Source: Candidatus Kapaibacterium sp. (lineage in GTDB: Bacteria; Bacteroidota; Ignavibacteria; Kapaibacteriales; UBA2268). From it: a stretch of DNA of 64,000 nt. Below the pieces are notes generated by a model. That model was not told the origin of the DNA. It saw only the letters and a program-made list of their open reading frames with translations, and did not search any database. A program made the position numbers and the translations under genes. Within the stretch, counting starts at the first letter, position 1. Each line of letters begins with the position of its first letter. The DNA lies in the NCBI GenBank assembly GCA_963664875.1, contig OY761611.1, positions 512,001 through 576,000 of the forward strand, given 5' to 3'. Of this stretch, positions 31,063-42,137 are shown piece after piece.

Positions 31063-33736
31063 TTTGATTCCTAATTTCATCGGATAATTTTTTGATTGAA
31101 TTCAATATTGATTTAATACCCTTTAAGTCAAAAGACTTAGCTTTTGTATCTAATTCTTGTGCATAAACACTTAAATATTCTGCATCATATTCTTCTGCAA
31201 TATTTTTTAACTTATCAATAAATTCAGAAACTTCTCCCATCACAAATCTATGTTCGAGCTTTTTGACAGAAGGCAATATATCACTTTCAAGTTTTGCTAA
31301 AAGATACTGAGAGTTTTCGTTTGCATAGAACTGATTTTGCATTTCAGTGTCACCGGAATCATTATTTTTTACAGATGTTTTTTGCATTTTGATAATAAAT
31401 CTACTATCAATAAGAGTTTCTATCTGTTTTAACAATGCATTTTTCTCCACAGGCTTAGGTAAGTAGCCTTTGCACCCTATACTTAATATTTTATCTTCAT
31501 CCCCTTTCATAGCAGAAGCAGTAAGTGCGATTATAGGAACATTTTTTAGCTGATTTATTTCTAATATCTTTGGAGTTGCTTCATACCCATCCATTACCGG
31601 CATTTTCATATCCATTAGAATCAAATCAGGTATAATTTCTGTTGCCATCTGAATTGCTTGTCGCCCATCTTCAGCTTCGTAAATATCCAAATTATTTGTC
31701 CCCAGATACTCTCTGACAAGTTTTCTATTTAGCTCGATGTCATCAACAATTAGTATCTTCAAATCCTTTAAGGCAATTTCTACGTCGCTTATCGAATTAT
31801 CAAATCCGGAAGCCACTGTGGAAGCGATATCAATGTCGTGCAGTTTAACTTCAAAAATACTTCCTTTTCCTTGTGTACTTTCCACACTTATTTGACCATT
31901 CATCATCTCAACCAATCTTTTAGTAATGGCAAGACCAAGACCGGTTCCACCATATTTTCGAGAACTTTGTCCCGCCTGCTGTCGGAATGCTTCAAAAATT
32001 AAGCTTTGTTGTTCTTTTGAAATCCCGATTCCTGTATCTTCAACAGAAAAAATCAAATTCAGTTTAGATGTATCATGCTCATGTTCTTCTGCCTGTGCAG
32101 AAATTTTTATATATCCGGTTTCTGTAAATTTTACAGCATTCCCTACAAGATTCACTAAAACTTGTCTCAATCTGATTTCATCTAACACAAGTCCTTTAGG
32201 AATATCATTATCTATGTGAAGAATAAGCTCCAAGCCCTTTTCTTCCATTTTGAAAGCAAATATCTGTTTTACTTCTAAAAATATACTATGCGGATTGACA
32301 GCATCGTATTCGAGCTCTAACCTTCCTGCTTCAATTTTAGAAAGATCGAGAATATCATTTATCAAACCGAGCAATGATTTGCCGCTTGAAGATATTGCAT
32401 CAACATAAGAATTTAACTGAGGATTTTGCAACTTCCCTATAAGTAATTGAGAAAAGCCAAGGATAGCATTCATCGGAGTCCTAATTTCATGACTCATATT
32501 TGCCAAAAACTCTGATTTAGCTTTGTTAGCATTCTCTGCTTCTATCTTTGCTTTTTGCAATGCCTTTTCCATAAGCTTTCTTTCAGTAATATCTCTCACT
32601 ATAGAAATTGCATTTGCACTATTTCTAATTTGCACTGCAGAAAGAGATAATTCGACATTGATTTTTTTCATTTCTTTTGTGATTGCCATCAATTCCGCAG
32701 TTTGTCCTGTAAAAGATAGGTTTTTGGATAGTTTATGATGTTTGGCATCTTGAAGTACAGTAATAGCATCATCTTCAAAAAACTGAACAATATTTGCACC
32801 TATAGCTTCTTCTTCCGAATACTTAAATATTTTTTGAGCAGCTTTATTCCAGAAAGTAACAATCCCGGTTTCATCAGTAATTATTATTGCATCAGTAGCG
32901 GATTCTGTCAGCGATCTGAATTTTTCTTCGCTTTCAAGAATTTTTGCCTGTATTATTTCTTTCGAGCGAATTTCTTCATTCAGCTCATCAAGTGTATGTT
33001 GAAGTTTAAAATTTCTATCTTCCAAAGCTTCTACCATATTGTTAAAAGAACCGGCAAGCTCGCGAATCTCTCTACCACCTTTCAGATTGTCAGCACGTTG
33101 CGAAATCTTACCATAAGAAATAGTTCTTGCGGTTTCGCTCAATTTTTTAAGTGGTATGGTCATATATCTAGAAATGAAAACAGCAAGACTGATGCCTCCT
33201 AAAAGTATAAATAGTGTACGAACACCAAATTCTCCTGCGGTTTCTTCTCTTTTAGAAATTATCTGATCGGTATTAAATCCAATAAATATTTCACCTGTGA
33301 ATGGAGTTCCATCAGATAACTTAGTTTCAAATTTTTTGCTACGAACAGCAATACCTTTATTCAATCCTGTCTTTTTTGATAAAGCAAGTAATTGCTGATA
33401 ATCAAACTTTAGTTCATTAGGAAAAGAAAGAAAGACTTCAGAGTTTTGTTTATCTTTCTCAATAATTGTAAAAAACTTTATCTCAGAATCTTTTGTCAGC
33501 CAAGTCGAAACCTTATCTATCATTGAATAATTCTCTTCCATAAGCCCGTATTCTAAACCAAAGACAACAAAATTCAGTTTTGCATCTGCACTTTTTTCGA
33601 AACCTTCTTTAAAAGTATCTTTATGTATATGAATTGTAAAGAAATAGAAATAAGTAGATATAGCAAGGATAGAAACTGTAAACAGCATTACCAGCTGGGT
33701 ACTAACTTTGAAAGTAGAAAAATATGATATCTTCAT
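31046..33736 (-). CDS. Membrane hybrid sensor kinase (TM-periplasmic-TM-HAMP-PAS-HisKA-HATPase-REC-tail)
   Basis: Two TM segments, EIRELAGSFNNM HAMP, PAS, MSHEIRTPMN, NLVGNAVKFT, GGTGLGL, LMDMKMP. Confidence 0.94.
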   Translation of the reverse strand: MKISYFSTFKVSTQLVMLFTVSILAISTYFYFFTIHIHKDTFKEGFEKSADAKLNFVVFGLEYGLMEENYSMIDKVSTWLTKDSEIKFFTIIEKDKQNSEVFLSFPNELKFDYQQLLALSKKTGLNKGIAVRSKKFETKLSDGTPFTGEIFIGFNTDQIISKREETAGEFGVRTLFILLGGISLAVFISRYMTIPLKKLSETARTISYGKISQRADNLKGGREIRELAGSFNNMVEALEDRNFKLQHTLDELNEEIRSKEIIQAKILESEEKFRSLTESATDAIIITDETGIVTFWNKAAQKIFKYSEEEAIGANIVQFFEDDAITVLQDAKHHKLSKNLSFTGQTAELMAITKEMKKINVELSLSAVQIRNSANAISIVRDITERKLMEKALQKAKIEAENANKAKSEFLANMSHEIRTPMNAILGFSQLLIGKLQNPQLNSYVDAISSSGKSLLGLINDILDLSKIEAGRLELEYDAVNPHSIFLEVKQIFAFKMEEKGLELILHIDNDIPKGLVLDEIRLRQVLVNLVGNAVKFTETGYIKISAQAEEHEHDTSKLNLIFSVEDTGIGISKEQQSLIFEAFRQQAGQSSRKYGGTGLGLAITKRLVEMMNGQISVESTQGKGSIFEVKLHDIDIASTVASGFDNSISDVEIALKDLKILIVDDIELNRKLVREYLGTNNLDIYEAEDGRQAIQMATEIIPDLILMDMKMPVMDGYEATPKILEINQLKNVPIIALTASAMKGDEDKILSIGCKGYLPKPVEKNALLKQIETLIDSRFIIKMQKTSVKNNDSGDTEMQNQFYANENSQYLLAKLESDILPSVKKLEHRFVMGEVSEFIDKLKNIAEEYDAEYLSVYAQELDTKAKSFDLKGIKSILNSIKKLSDEIRNQNEQDT

Positions 33737-33747
33737 TTTATAATTCC

Positions 33748-34176
33748 TTAAATACTAATTGTAGCAATGACCCTAACGTTGTTATTCACTGAATCTAAAG
33801 CTACATAGCCTATAGCACCCGGAGTATTTTGTACTTCTTTGAGTATTTCGCTGTCAGTTTTGAAAGTTTTTGGAGCCTGACCTTTCCCGGAAAATTGCTT
33901 TCTTATCCATATTTTTTGGAGTTTAGAACTTGATAAATCTAATCGCTTATAAAAAGCAGATTTCAAATCATCTTCACCCTTTTTATCAATAACTACAATT
34001 TTTGCTCCATCCTCCCAATACTGCTTATTTAGTGTATAAATATCTGAAAGAATATTTTTATCAAATACTTTTTCTTTTACTGATTTATTTACTACAATGG
34101 CAATAGTAAGTTGCTCTTCTGAGTAGCTAACAACAGAAAAGATAAATATTAGCAATATGTAAAGCATTTTTTTCAT
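33748..34176 (-). CDS. Small exported periplasmic-binding-protein-like protein (truncated PstS/PBP2-like)
   Basis: Signal peptide MKKMLYIL; IAIVVN, L.DIY...K.YW.DG, W....FSGKG.AP, V..TPGAIGYV. Confidence 0.8.
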   Translation of the reverse strand: MKKMLYILLIFIFSVVSYSEEQLTIAIVVNKSVKEKVFDKNILSDIYTLNKQYWEDGAKIVVIDKKGEDDLKSAFYKRLDLSSSKLQKIWIRKQFSGKGQAPKTFKTDSEILKEVQNTPGAIGYVALDSVNNNVRVIATISI

Positions 34177-34177
34177 A

Positions 34178-35386
34178 TCAGAAAAGTACACTCAAAGCAA
34201 ACACGTACATATCTACATCGAAATTGAAATAAATGTTTTCGTTGCTACCTATTTCATAAGACTGAGAGTGGTTCAGATACTGAGCCTTACCAACGACATT
34301 GGGTAGGATTTTATACCCTGCTCCAAAACTCAAATCTTTTGTATTTAAATGGTCAATGGTATTTGTGATTGAGTTATATCTTGTATAGATAAACAAGTCA
34401 TCGGTAATATTATAAAGCACAGAACCAAGATATGATAATATATAAAATTCTTCCTGATTCATTAGTTTGTGTGTATTTAGTTTGTGCTCTTCAACAAAAT
34501 CTTGAGGAGAAGCATTATAATCTACATAAATAAACTCTCCATCTATTTCAATTCCTGAAAAATTGAAATTCATATCCCAACCAATACGCCATCTTTCGAT
34601 GCTACCCATCGGAGATTGCCACATTAGAAACATTGAATCTTGTCGATTATCGTAGTCGTGAGTAAAAGAAAAACCCATGCGTGCAGTTTCGCAAGCTGAG
34701 TGTATTCCAAGGCGAGCACCAATAAGTTTCTCTTTCTCAGTATTGGGGTCTATTCCACTAACAATATCAGAGAGTGCATATTCTTTGGATTCTTTATTAG
34801 TGATAATATAACTATCCTCACTATTACCTAAAAATAGACTATAATCTAATCTGATGTTGGACAAAAGAGGCACTATACCATGCAATTGTAAAAATGCTCT
34901 GTTCGGTATCAAATCTTCAACATTAAAAAGATTATTTAATATCTTTTCATAATAAACCGGTCTAATAATGTAGGGTAATATTGGTAGTTTGTTTCTATAT
35001 TCGTTATTATAATTAAACTTCGGAATAATTTGTCCAAATTGAATGTTTAGCTCATCACTTAAAGCTATTTGTGCCCAAGCTTCTTGAATTTCAAATTGTC
35101 CCCAATCCTTTTCTGATGAATAATTCCAATTGAATGTAACATCAGCAAAAGCTTTGATATTGTAGTCAAATTCATTACTAAACATTAGATCAAATTGCTG
35201 GAGAGCAAAAGTGTTGTTTTTTATAGATTCCTCTCCCTGCATTGGTAACATTGTGTTTTTAAATGATACCTTATTATCTCTATGCATAAATAAGCTTTGC
35301 ATAGAGCCAAATATGTCCATTGATTGACTATAAAGTTCAATGGAACACAATACTATACAAAAAGATAATGTTATAAACTTATTCAT
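34178..35386 (-). CDS. Putative outer-membrane porin-like beta-barrel
   Basis: Signal peptide, IQEAW, IQFGQ..P.F, amphipathic strands, C-terminal ALSVLF. Confidence 0.75.
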   Translation of the reverse strand: MNKFITLSFCIVLCSIELYSQSMDIFGSMQSLFMHRDNKVSFKNTMLPMQGEESIKNNTFALQQFDLMFSNEFDYNIKAFADVTFNWNYSSEKDWGQFEIQEAWAQIALSDELNIQFGQIIPKFNYNNEYRNKLPILPYIIRPVYYEKILNNLFNVEDLIPNRAFLQLHGIVPLLSNIRLDYSLFLGNSEDSYIITNKESKEYALSDIVSGIDPNTEKEKLIGARLGIHSACETARMGFSFTHDYDNRQDSMFLMWQSPMGSIERWRIGWDMNFNFSGIEIDGEFIYVDYNASPQDFVEEHKLNTHKLMNQEEFYILSYLGSVLYNITDDLFIYTRYNSITNTIDHLNTKDLSFGAGYKILPNVVGKAQYLNHSQSYEIGSNENIYFNFDVDMYVFALSVLF

Positions 35387-36503
35387 TTATTTCATTTGCT
35401 ATTGGATGTTCAACAATAAAACAAGCTCCATCTTTATAGTCTGAGTCAAGTATAATGGTAGCGTCCATCAAGTCCAAATATCTTTTAACTATCGAAAGGC
35501 CGAGCCCGGTAGAATTTTCGTTATTTGTCGGACGGGCTGATAGTTTAGCAAATTTTGTAAATAGTTTTGATTTGTCGTCTTCAGTAAAGCCCTGCCCCTG
35601 ATCTTTTACTATTATTTGTATGTTATTATCAACCTTAACAAGATCAATAAAAACTTTTTTATCAAAAGGCGAATATTTTACAGCATTTGAAATTAAATTG
35701 TCCAATACTTGAGTAATTGCATTCAGGTCAGTATAAATATAAGCGTCATCTGTCTTATCATTTAATTCTATTTCGAGATTTTTTTCTTCACATTGCAATT
35801 TATAATTTGAAATCATTTCTCTTACAAGAGATGCAGGATCTATCATTTCTTTTCGTAATGTAACTTTGCCCTCTTCAATCAAATTTACATTTAGAAGCTC
35901 TGATATTAACTGAAACATTTTACTGCTGGATGTAATAATATCTTGCGCAAATTCTACGACTTCATCTCTTGTTAGGTCTTCTGTATCCCGTAAGATTTTG
36001 CCAAGCATTGTCATTGTATTTATTGGATTTTTCAAATCATGGGCAGCAATGCTTAAAAACTCGCTTTTATCTTGGTTTAGTTTTTCAAGCTGAGTCTTTT
36101 GCTTTTCAAGTGTTTTTAAATATTTTACAATATTCAACTGAGTTTTTACTCTCGCAATTAGCTCAGGTGCTTTAAATGGTTTAGTTATATAATCAACTGC
36201 CCCTAATTCGAATGCTTTGACTATATCTTCTGTTCCAATTTTTGCGGTCAAAAATATTACAGGAATCTTTGAAGTCTTTTCATGCTTTTTAAGCTCCTGA
36301 AAAACTTGAAAACCATCCATCTCCGGCATCATTATATCAAGTAATATCAAATCAGGCTCAATGCGTTTAGATATTTCAATGGCTGATAAACCATTTGTAG
36401 CGATTGAAATATCAGCTTTCAATTCTTTCAAATGAGTGCCCACAACTTGAATATTTGTTGTATTGTCATCTACGATTAGTACTTTAAAATCAGAATAATC
36501 CAT
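35379..36503 (-). CDS. Hybrid REC-histidine kinase
   Basis: LIVDD, LLDIMMP, FLTAK, TKPF; AAHDLKNP; NLISNAVKY; DQGQG; STGLGL. Confidence 0.93.
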   Translation of the reverse strand: MDYSDFKVLIVDDNTTNIQVVGTHLKELKADISIATNGLSAIEISKRIEPDLILLDIMMPEMDGFQVFQELKKHEKTSKIPVIFLTAKIGTEDIVKAFELGAVDYITKPFKAPELIARVKTQLNIVKYLKTLEKQKTQLEKLNQDKSEFLSIAAHDLKNPINTMTMLGKILRDTEDLTRDEVVEFAQDIITSSSKMFQLISELLNVNLIEEGKVTLRKEMIDPASLVREMISNYKLQCEEKNLEIELNDKTDDAYIYTDLNAITQVLDNLISNAVKYSPFDKKVFIDLVKVDNNIQIIVKDQGQGFTEDDKSKLFTKFAKLSARPTNNENSTGLGLSIVKRYLDLMDATIILDSDYKDGACFIVEHPIANEINE

Positions 36504-36521
36504 AACATTCTTCTCTATTTT

Positions 36522-39500
36522 TTAGATTTTATATTTTTTTATTGACGCATCTATCAAATGTAACATTTTAAGAGTATTTTCTATATCGAATCTTTGCAAA
36601 GCTGCAATCAAATCATTAGCATAAGATTTAAGCCCTAATATTTTTTTCTTTTCAGATAGTTCAATAATTTTTTTGGATAAAGCTTTTACATCACTTAATA
36701 CAAAGTATTTCAAGCAACTTTCTATTTCTGGATATAGTGCATTATAATGTTCAATGTTATCAAGAATTTCAAAATTATATCCTACATCTATTGATTCATC
36801 TTCTTCAACAAAAGTAATTTTGTCAGGCAACAAGTCAGACATTAAAGAGTTTAATGCTTTGAAATGTACAGGTTTTTGGATAAAACCATCTATAAGTCCG
36901 AGTGTATCCATATCAATTTCTTGCTTGGACGAAGAGCTTACTAGTATAACTTTGCTTGACATTAAAGATTCCTCTGATTTTATCTTGATAAGTAACTCTT
37001 TTCCGCTCATATTTGGCATTTTATAATCTAAAAGAACAATATCATATTTCTGCTTCTTTAATAATTCTAAAGCTTTTTCTCCATTATCTGAAATTAAAAC
37101 AGAAACGCCTTCATCTGCATAGTAAGTTTTTACAACTTCCATGCTGTAAACAACGTCATCAACAATCATAAGTTTCACATTGTCAAACTTATAATTCACA
37201 ATTTTTGAGTCATTTGTGTCCGCTTTTGCAATTTCTGTTTTGTATTTAAGATTATATAGTTCGATAGTAAATCTTGAACCTACATTTATTTGAGACTCAA
37301 CATAAATACTCCCCCCCATAATCTCAGTCAAACGTTTTGATATAGCAAGTCCTAAACCGGTACCTCCATATTTCTTTGCATCTTGACCTTCTTGCTGTGT
37401 AAATTCTTCGAATATACTCTCAAGACTTTCCGGTTTTATACCAATTCCGGTATCTTGTACTGTTACCTTAATACTTTGTGTATAATCACTATTTTCCAAT
37501 ACATTTACTATTACGGAAACACTTCCGTTTTCAGTAAATTTTACAGCATTTCCGATTAGATTAAGTAGTATTTGTCTGACTCGCACTTCATCGATATAGA
37601 GATATTCTGCCAAATCATCGGAATATGTTATTGTTAAGGCTATTTCTTTTTGTTCAGCTTTATAGCTAAACATTTGGATTACTTCATCAAACATATTTTT
37701 TGTATTGACAAAATCAGGCTCAATATCTATTTTTCCTGCTTCGATTTTAGATAAATCCAGTATATCATTGATAAGTTCTAATAGGCTATTTCCTGCATTT
37801 GAAATATATTTTAGATATTTCAAATCGGTTACATCTGCTAATCTGTTTTGGAGTATTTCGGAAAAACCTATAATTGCATTCATAGGAGTACGAATCTCAT
37901 GACTCATACTTGCTAAGAATTTAGATTTTGCTGCGGTTGCTTCTTCAGCCTTCATTTTTGCTTCAGCTATCTCACTTATAGCATTTTCTAATTCCGTTTT
38001 ACTTTTTTCCAGATCATTTGTCAATATTTCTAAATCAGAACTATACCATATTAATTTATCGTTGGCTTTTTTCCAGTCTGAAATATCATTGAACACCCAG
38101 ATTCTATAGGATATTTTCCCATCTTGAATCAATACTTTATGGTTATACTCTATAATTTTTTTATTTTTAAGATACATGAGATCAAAAACTTCAATCTCCG
38201 GCATTTCAAATACTCCGGAAATCATATTTAGAAAATCTTCTGCATTTATCAGACTTTCAGCAATCACTTCAAAAAGTTTTTTTTCACTTTTACCTATAAC
38301 TTGTTTTTTGCTTATGCCAAAGAAAGATTCTAAATTTGAATTACATTCAATAATCCGTCCTGAATTATTAACTAAAATAATGGCTTCATTTATCGAAGAT
38401 AGTATTTTATTCTGAATGTTGTTTGCCGTAATCAGAGTTTCCTGCGACTTCCTTATAAAAGTCAAATCTTGAACACCACCGAGCATTTGAATTGGATTGC
38501 CATCATTATCCATAATCACTGTCCCGCTACCAATAACATGTTTTACTTCAGCACTCGGAGTTACAATTCTATGTTCAACTTTATATGATATTTTTTCTGT
38601 GAGAGCCTTTTGAAATGTCTCTCTCACTCTTTGTATGTCATTAGGATGGATAAGTTTAAGATAGCTTTCCACAGAGCCATCAAAATCATTAGGAAGAATA
38701 TCAAATATTTTATATGTGTTTTCTGACCATGTAATAATTCGGTTTTTTAAATTCAAACTCCAATGACCGATACCGGAAATCCTTTGTATCTCAAAAAGAA
38801 GCTTTTCTTTTTTTTCTAAATCTAAACGAGCATCATGAATTTTCGTTATGTCTAATCCAAAAATTGCAAGGCCACTATTGACTTTAAATGCAGAAATAAA
38901 AATCCTTTTACGCGTACCGTTGGGAAAGTAAAAATCTTCTTCATACTCTAAAACACTTCCTGTTTTTAGTAAATCTCTATACTGACTTATTCTATATTGC
39001 TTATTTGGACCAACAGTAAGATCTTCGATATTCATCTTAACAATTTTTTCTTCGGAAATCCCTGTAATTTTTATTGCTTTTTTATTAGATTTCATAACAT
39101 TGAGGTTAGAATCAAATATTATAATTCCAATAGAAGATTGATCTAATAAAGAGTCAATTCTCAAATAATCATAGTCTCTTGATAGATAGACATTTTCTTG
39201 TTTCGATACCTGATAACTATCTTCGTATTCCGAATTAACTATTGATTTTATATCTGTAAAGACATATACTGTTATGTTTGATACGCCATGTTTGAAGACA
39301 GAAAAATCAAGTAGTATATTTTCACCATGTATATTTAGTTCAAATCGTGTTTTATTATCTTTTGATTTATCAAAATCACTCTCTAAGCTGTCGATAATAG
39401 ACTGATTGGATGTATTCAATGCAGATACATCACAATTGAGAAAGTTATCTCCCATAAGTTCCTTAAAATGAATATTGCCATAGAATATCTTGTTGTCAAT

Positions 39501-39575
39501 CACTCCAAATACTATACCCGGGAAATTAGCATAGCAATTTTCAAATTCTCTAATAGTTTTACTTAGATCTTGCAT
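36522..39575 (-). CDS. Cytoplasmic multi-PAS hybrid sensor kinase
   Basis: Several PAS repeats (W....WS...Y.IF, IHP.D), MSHEIRTPMN, NLIGNAVKFT, GGTGLGL, REC LLDYKMP; no TM; ATG 39575 preferred. Confidence 0.92.
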   Translation of the reverse strand: MQDLSKTIREFENCYANFPGIVFGVIDNKIFYGNIHFKELMGDNFLNCDVSALNTSNQSIIDSLESDFDKSKDNKTRFELNIHGENILLDFSVFKHGVSNITVYVFTDIKSIVNSEYEDSYQVSKQENVYLSRDYDYLRIDSLLDQSSIGIIIFDSNLNVMKSNKKAIKITGISEEKIVKMNIEDLTVGPNKQYRISQYRDLLKTGSVLEYEEDFYFPNGTRKRIFISAFKVNSGLAIFGLDITKIHDARLDLEKKEKLLFEIQRISGIGHWSLNLKNRIITWSENTYKIFDILPNDFDGSVESYLKLIHPNDIQRVRETFQKALTEKISYKVEHRIVTPSAEVKHVIGSGTVIMDNDGNPIQMLGGVQDLTFIRKSQETLITANNIQNKILSSINEAIILVNNSGRIIECNSNLESFFGISKKQVIGKSEKKLFEVIAESLINAEDFLNMISGVFEMPEIEVFDLMYLKNKKIIEYNHKVLIQDGKISYRIWVFNDISDWKKANDKLIWYSSDLEILTNDLEKSKTELENAISEIAEAKMKAEEATAAKSKFLASMSHEIRTPMNAIIGFSEILQNRLADVTDLKYLKYISNAGNSLLELINDILDLSKIEAGKIDIEPDFVNTKNMFDEVIQMFSYKAEQKEIALTITYSDDLAEYLYIDEVRVRQILLNLIGNAVKFTENGSVSVIVNVLENSDYTQSIKVTVQDTGIGIKPESLESIFEEFTQQEGQDAKKYGGTGLGLAISKRLTEIMGGSIYVESQINVGSRFTIELYNLKYKTEIAKADTNDSKIVNYKFDNVKLMIVDDVVYSMEVVKTYYADEGVSVLISDNGEKALELLKKQKYDIVLLDYKMPNMSGKELLIKIKSEESLMSSKVILVSSSSKQEIDMDTLGLIDGFIQKPVHFKALNSLMSDLLPDKITFVEEDESIDVGYNFEILDNIEHYNALYPEIESCLKYFVLSDVKALSKKIIELSEKKKILGLKSYANDLIAALQRFDIENTLKMLHLIDASIKKYKI

Positions 39576-39880
39576 ATTAAAAATCCAATCTGTTATAAGG
39601 TACCTTATCAATAAGGACGCAGAACTCTTCAATAAAATAAATAAAAATTATGAGACTCAAAAAACTAAGTTATTGCCTAGCTAAAGTTATTGAACCACTC
39701 TCTTGTATATTACTATTTAAGACTATAATAAATAAAGAGATATGTGATATTGTCTGATTTACCAAGAGTATCTTTCTATAATGTTTTTTATCTGACTGCA
39801 AAAAACATTTGTATATTATATACATTTAATCTATCTTAGCGTCCTTAATTACAGTATTACAAACTTTGCGGCATAATATT

Positions 39881-42076
39881 ATGACATCATTACTTTACTT
39901 AATTCCCATAGCTGGTATTTTAGGGCTTGGCTATACTATGATGAATTATTATTGGGTATCAAAACAAGATGTTGGCTCGGAAAAAATGGCAAAGATTGCC
40001 AAATACATTAGCGACGGTGCTATGGCTTTTTTGGGGGCAGAATACAGAATACTATCCATTTTCGTTTTGATCGTAGCTATAATGCTTGGATTTCAGGGCA
40101 GTCAGCAGGAAAATTCGCATTGGTTCGTTGCAATTTCATTTGTTTTCGGAGCTTTTTGTTCTGCTTTAGCAGGCTATATCGGGATGAAAATAGCTACAAA
40201 AGCGAATGTTCGTACTACTAATGCTGCTCAAACTTCTCTCAATAGAGCACTAAATGTTGCTTTTAAAGGTGGCTCGGTTATGGGTATGGGAGTTGTTGGA
40301 CTTGGCGTATTAGGACTTAGCACTCTATTTTTAATTTATGCAGCATATTTTGATGCATTCAATACCGGAAAAGACTCTATAGAAACAGTTATCACAGTTG
40401 TTACAGGATTTTCTTTTGGAGCTTCGTCAATAGCATTATTCGCCAGAGTAGGTGGTGGTATTTACACAAAAGCAGCAGATGTCGGTGCTGATTTAGTGGG
40501 TAAAGTTGAAGCAGGTATCCCTGAAGATCACCCTCTAAATCCGGCAACAATAGCCGATAACGTTGGCGATAACGTTGGTGATGTTGCAGGAATGGGGGCA
40601 GATTTGTTCGAATCATATGTTGGATCAATCATTGCAGCTATGGTACTTGGTACTGCTTTTTACAATATTTCTGAACTTCAGACCACTTATTTTGGTTCCT
40701 TATCTGCCATATTGCTCCCATTATTTATCGCAGCGTCAGGAATTTTAGTATCAATAGTAGGTACTTACTTTGTTAGCGTAAAGGAAAACGAGAATCCTCA
40801 AAAAGGTTTGAATAAAGGTACATTTATTGCCTCAGCTTTGATGATTGTCGTCTCGTATTTTATCATTGACGCAATCATGCCATCTGCCTTTATGTTTGAA
40901 GATCCACTCTATGGCACGATTTACGAAATTTCTTCCTTAGGAATATTTTTGTCAACAATAGTAGGTCTTGCTGCAGGTGTTGGAATTGGTCTAATAACAG
41001 AATATTATACCGGTTTAGGGAAAAAGCCTGTAAGAAAAATAGCTGAGAAATCAATCACAGGGCATGCAACAAATATTATTGCAGGGCTGGAAACAGGCAT
41101 GATGTCAACTGCAATACCCGTTTTATTGATTGCAATTTCAATTGTTCTTTCTTTTGATTTCGCAGGTCTATACGGTATCGCAATTGCAGCTGTAGGTATG
41201 TTGGCAACAACCGGCATTCAGTTAGCTGTTGATGCTTATGGTCCAATCTCTGACAACGCAGGCGGAATAGCAGAGATGTCGGAATTACCTCATTCAGTTC
41301 GAAAAATTACTGATAAATTAGATGCCGTGGGAAATTCAACTGCTGCCATCGGTAAGGGTTTTGCAATTGGTTCAGCCGCCTTGACTGCTTTAGCGCTATT
41401 TGGTGCATTTATGACAGCTGCTCATATCAAAACAATCGACATTTCTAAAGCGAATGTAATGGCAGGCTTATTTGTAGGTGGAATTATGCCTTTTGTCTTT
41501 TCTGCTCTCTCAATGGGAGCGGTAGGACGTGCTGCAATGTCTATGATTCAAGAAGTTAGAAGACAATTCAAAAATATTCCGGAATTAAAAGCAGCTTTAG
41601 AAGTCATGCGTAAAAATGAAAATACGGAAATGACTGATTGGACAGTTGAAGATTTAGCAGTATATCATAATGCCGATGGAAAGGCAGAATATGCTAAGTG
41701 CGTCGAGATTTCTACAAAAGCATCTATTAGAGAGATGATGCTTCCGGGACTTTTGGCAGTAATTGTACCTGTTGTTGTCGGATTTGTCTTCAAAGCTGAA
41801 GCATTAGGCGGGTTGCTTGCCGGTGTTACAGTAAGTGGTGTATTGCTTGCAATCTTTCAATCAAATGCAGGCGGTGCTTGGGACAATGCCAAAAAAATGT
41901 TTGAAGAAGGTATAACAATTGACAATGAAGTTTACAAGAAAGGTTCTGAGCCACATAAGGCTGCCGTTACCGGAGATACTGTCGGCGATCCGTTTAAAGA
42001 TACTTCAGGGCCATCTTTGAATATTCTAATTAAGCTTATGTCAATAGTTTCTTTAGTCATCGCAGCTTCAATATAG
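39881..42076 (+). CDS. hppA: Membrane ion-translocating pyrophosphatase, K+-dependent, probably Na+-pumping
   Basis: [59 protein letters not shown]. Confidence 0.95.
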   Translation: MTSLLYLIPIAGILGLGYTMMNYYWVSKQDVGSEKMAKIAKYISDGAMAFLGAEYRILSIFVLIVAIMLGFQGSQQENSHWFVAISFVFGAFCSALAGYIGMKIATKANVRTTNAAQTSLNRALNVAFKGGSVMGMGVVGLGVLGLSTLFLIYAAYFDAFNTGKDSIETVITVVTGFSFGASSIALFARVGGGIYTKAADVGADLVGKVEAGIPEDHPLNPATIADNVGDNVGDVAGMGADLFESYVGSIIAAMVLGTAFYNISELQTTYFGSLSAILLPLFIAASGILVSIVGTYFVSVKENENPQKGLNKGTFIASALMIVVSYFIIDAIMPSAFMFEDPLYGTIYEISSLGIFLSTIVGLAAGVGIGLITEYYTGLGKKPVRKIAEKSITGHATNIIAGLETGMMSTAIPVLLIAISIVLSFDFAGLYGIAIAAVGMLATTGIQLAVDAYGPISDNAGGIAEMSELPHSVRKITDKLDAVGNSTAAIGKGFAIGSAALTALALFGAFMTAAHIKTIDISKANVMAGLFVGGIMPFVFSALSMGAVGRAAMSMIQEVRRQFKNIPELKAALEVMRKNENTEMTDWTVEDLAVYHNADGKAEYAKCVEISTKASIREMMLPGLLAVIVPVVVGFVFKAEALGGLLAGVTVSGVLLAIFQSNAGGAWDNAKKMFEEGITIDNEVYKKGSEPHKAAVTGDTVGDPFKDTSGPSLNILIKLMSIVSLVIAASI

Positions 42077-42137
42077 TGTAAATAAACAACGAGATATTTC
42101 GTCAAGCATGCAATATCAAATCAATTAGGAGTATATT

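Noticed and set aside
33748-34176. Annotation as a true PstS phosphate transporter subunit
   Set aside because: About half the length of PstS and no pstCAB nearby.
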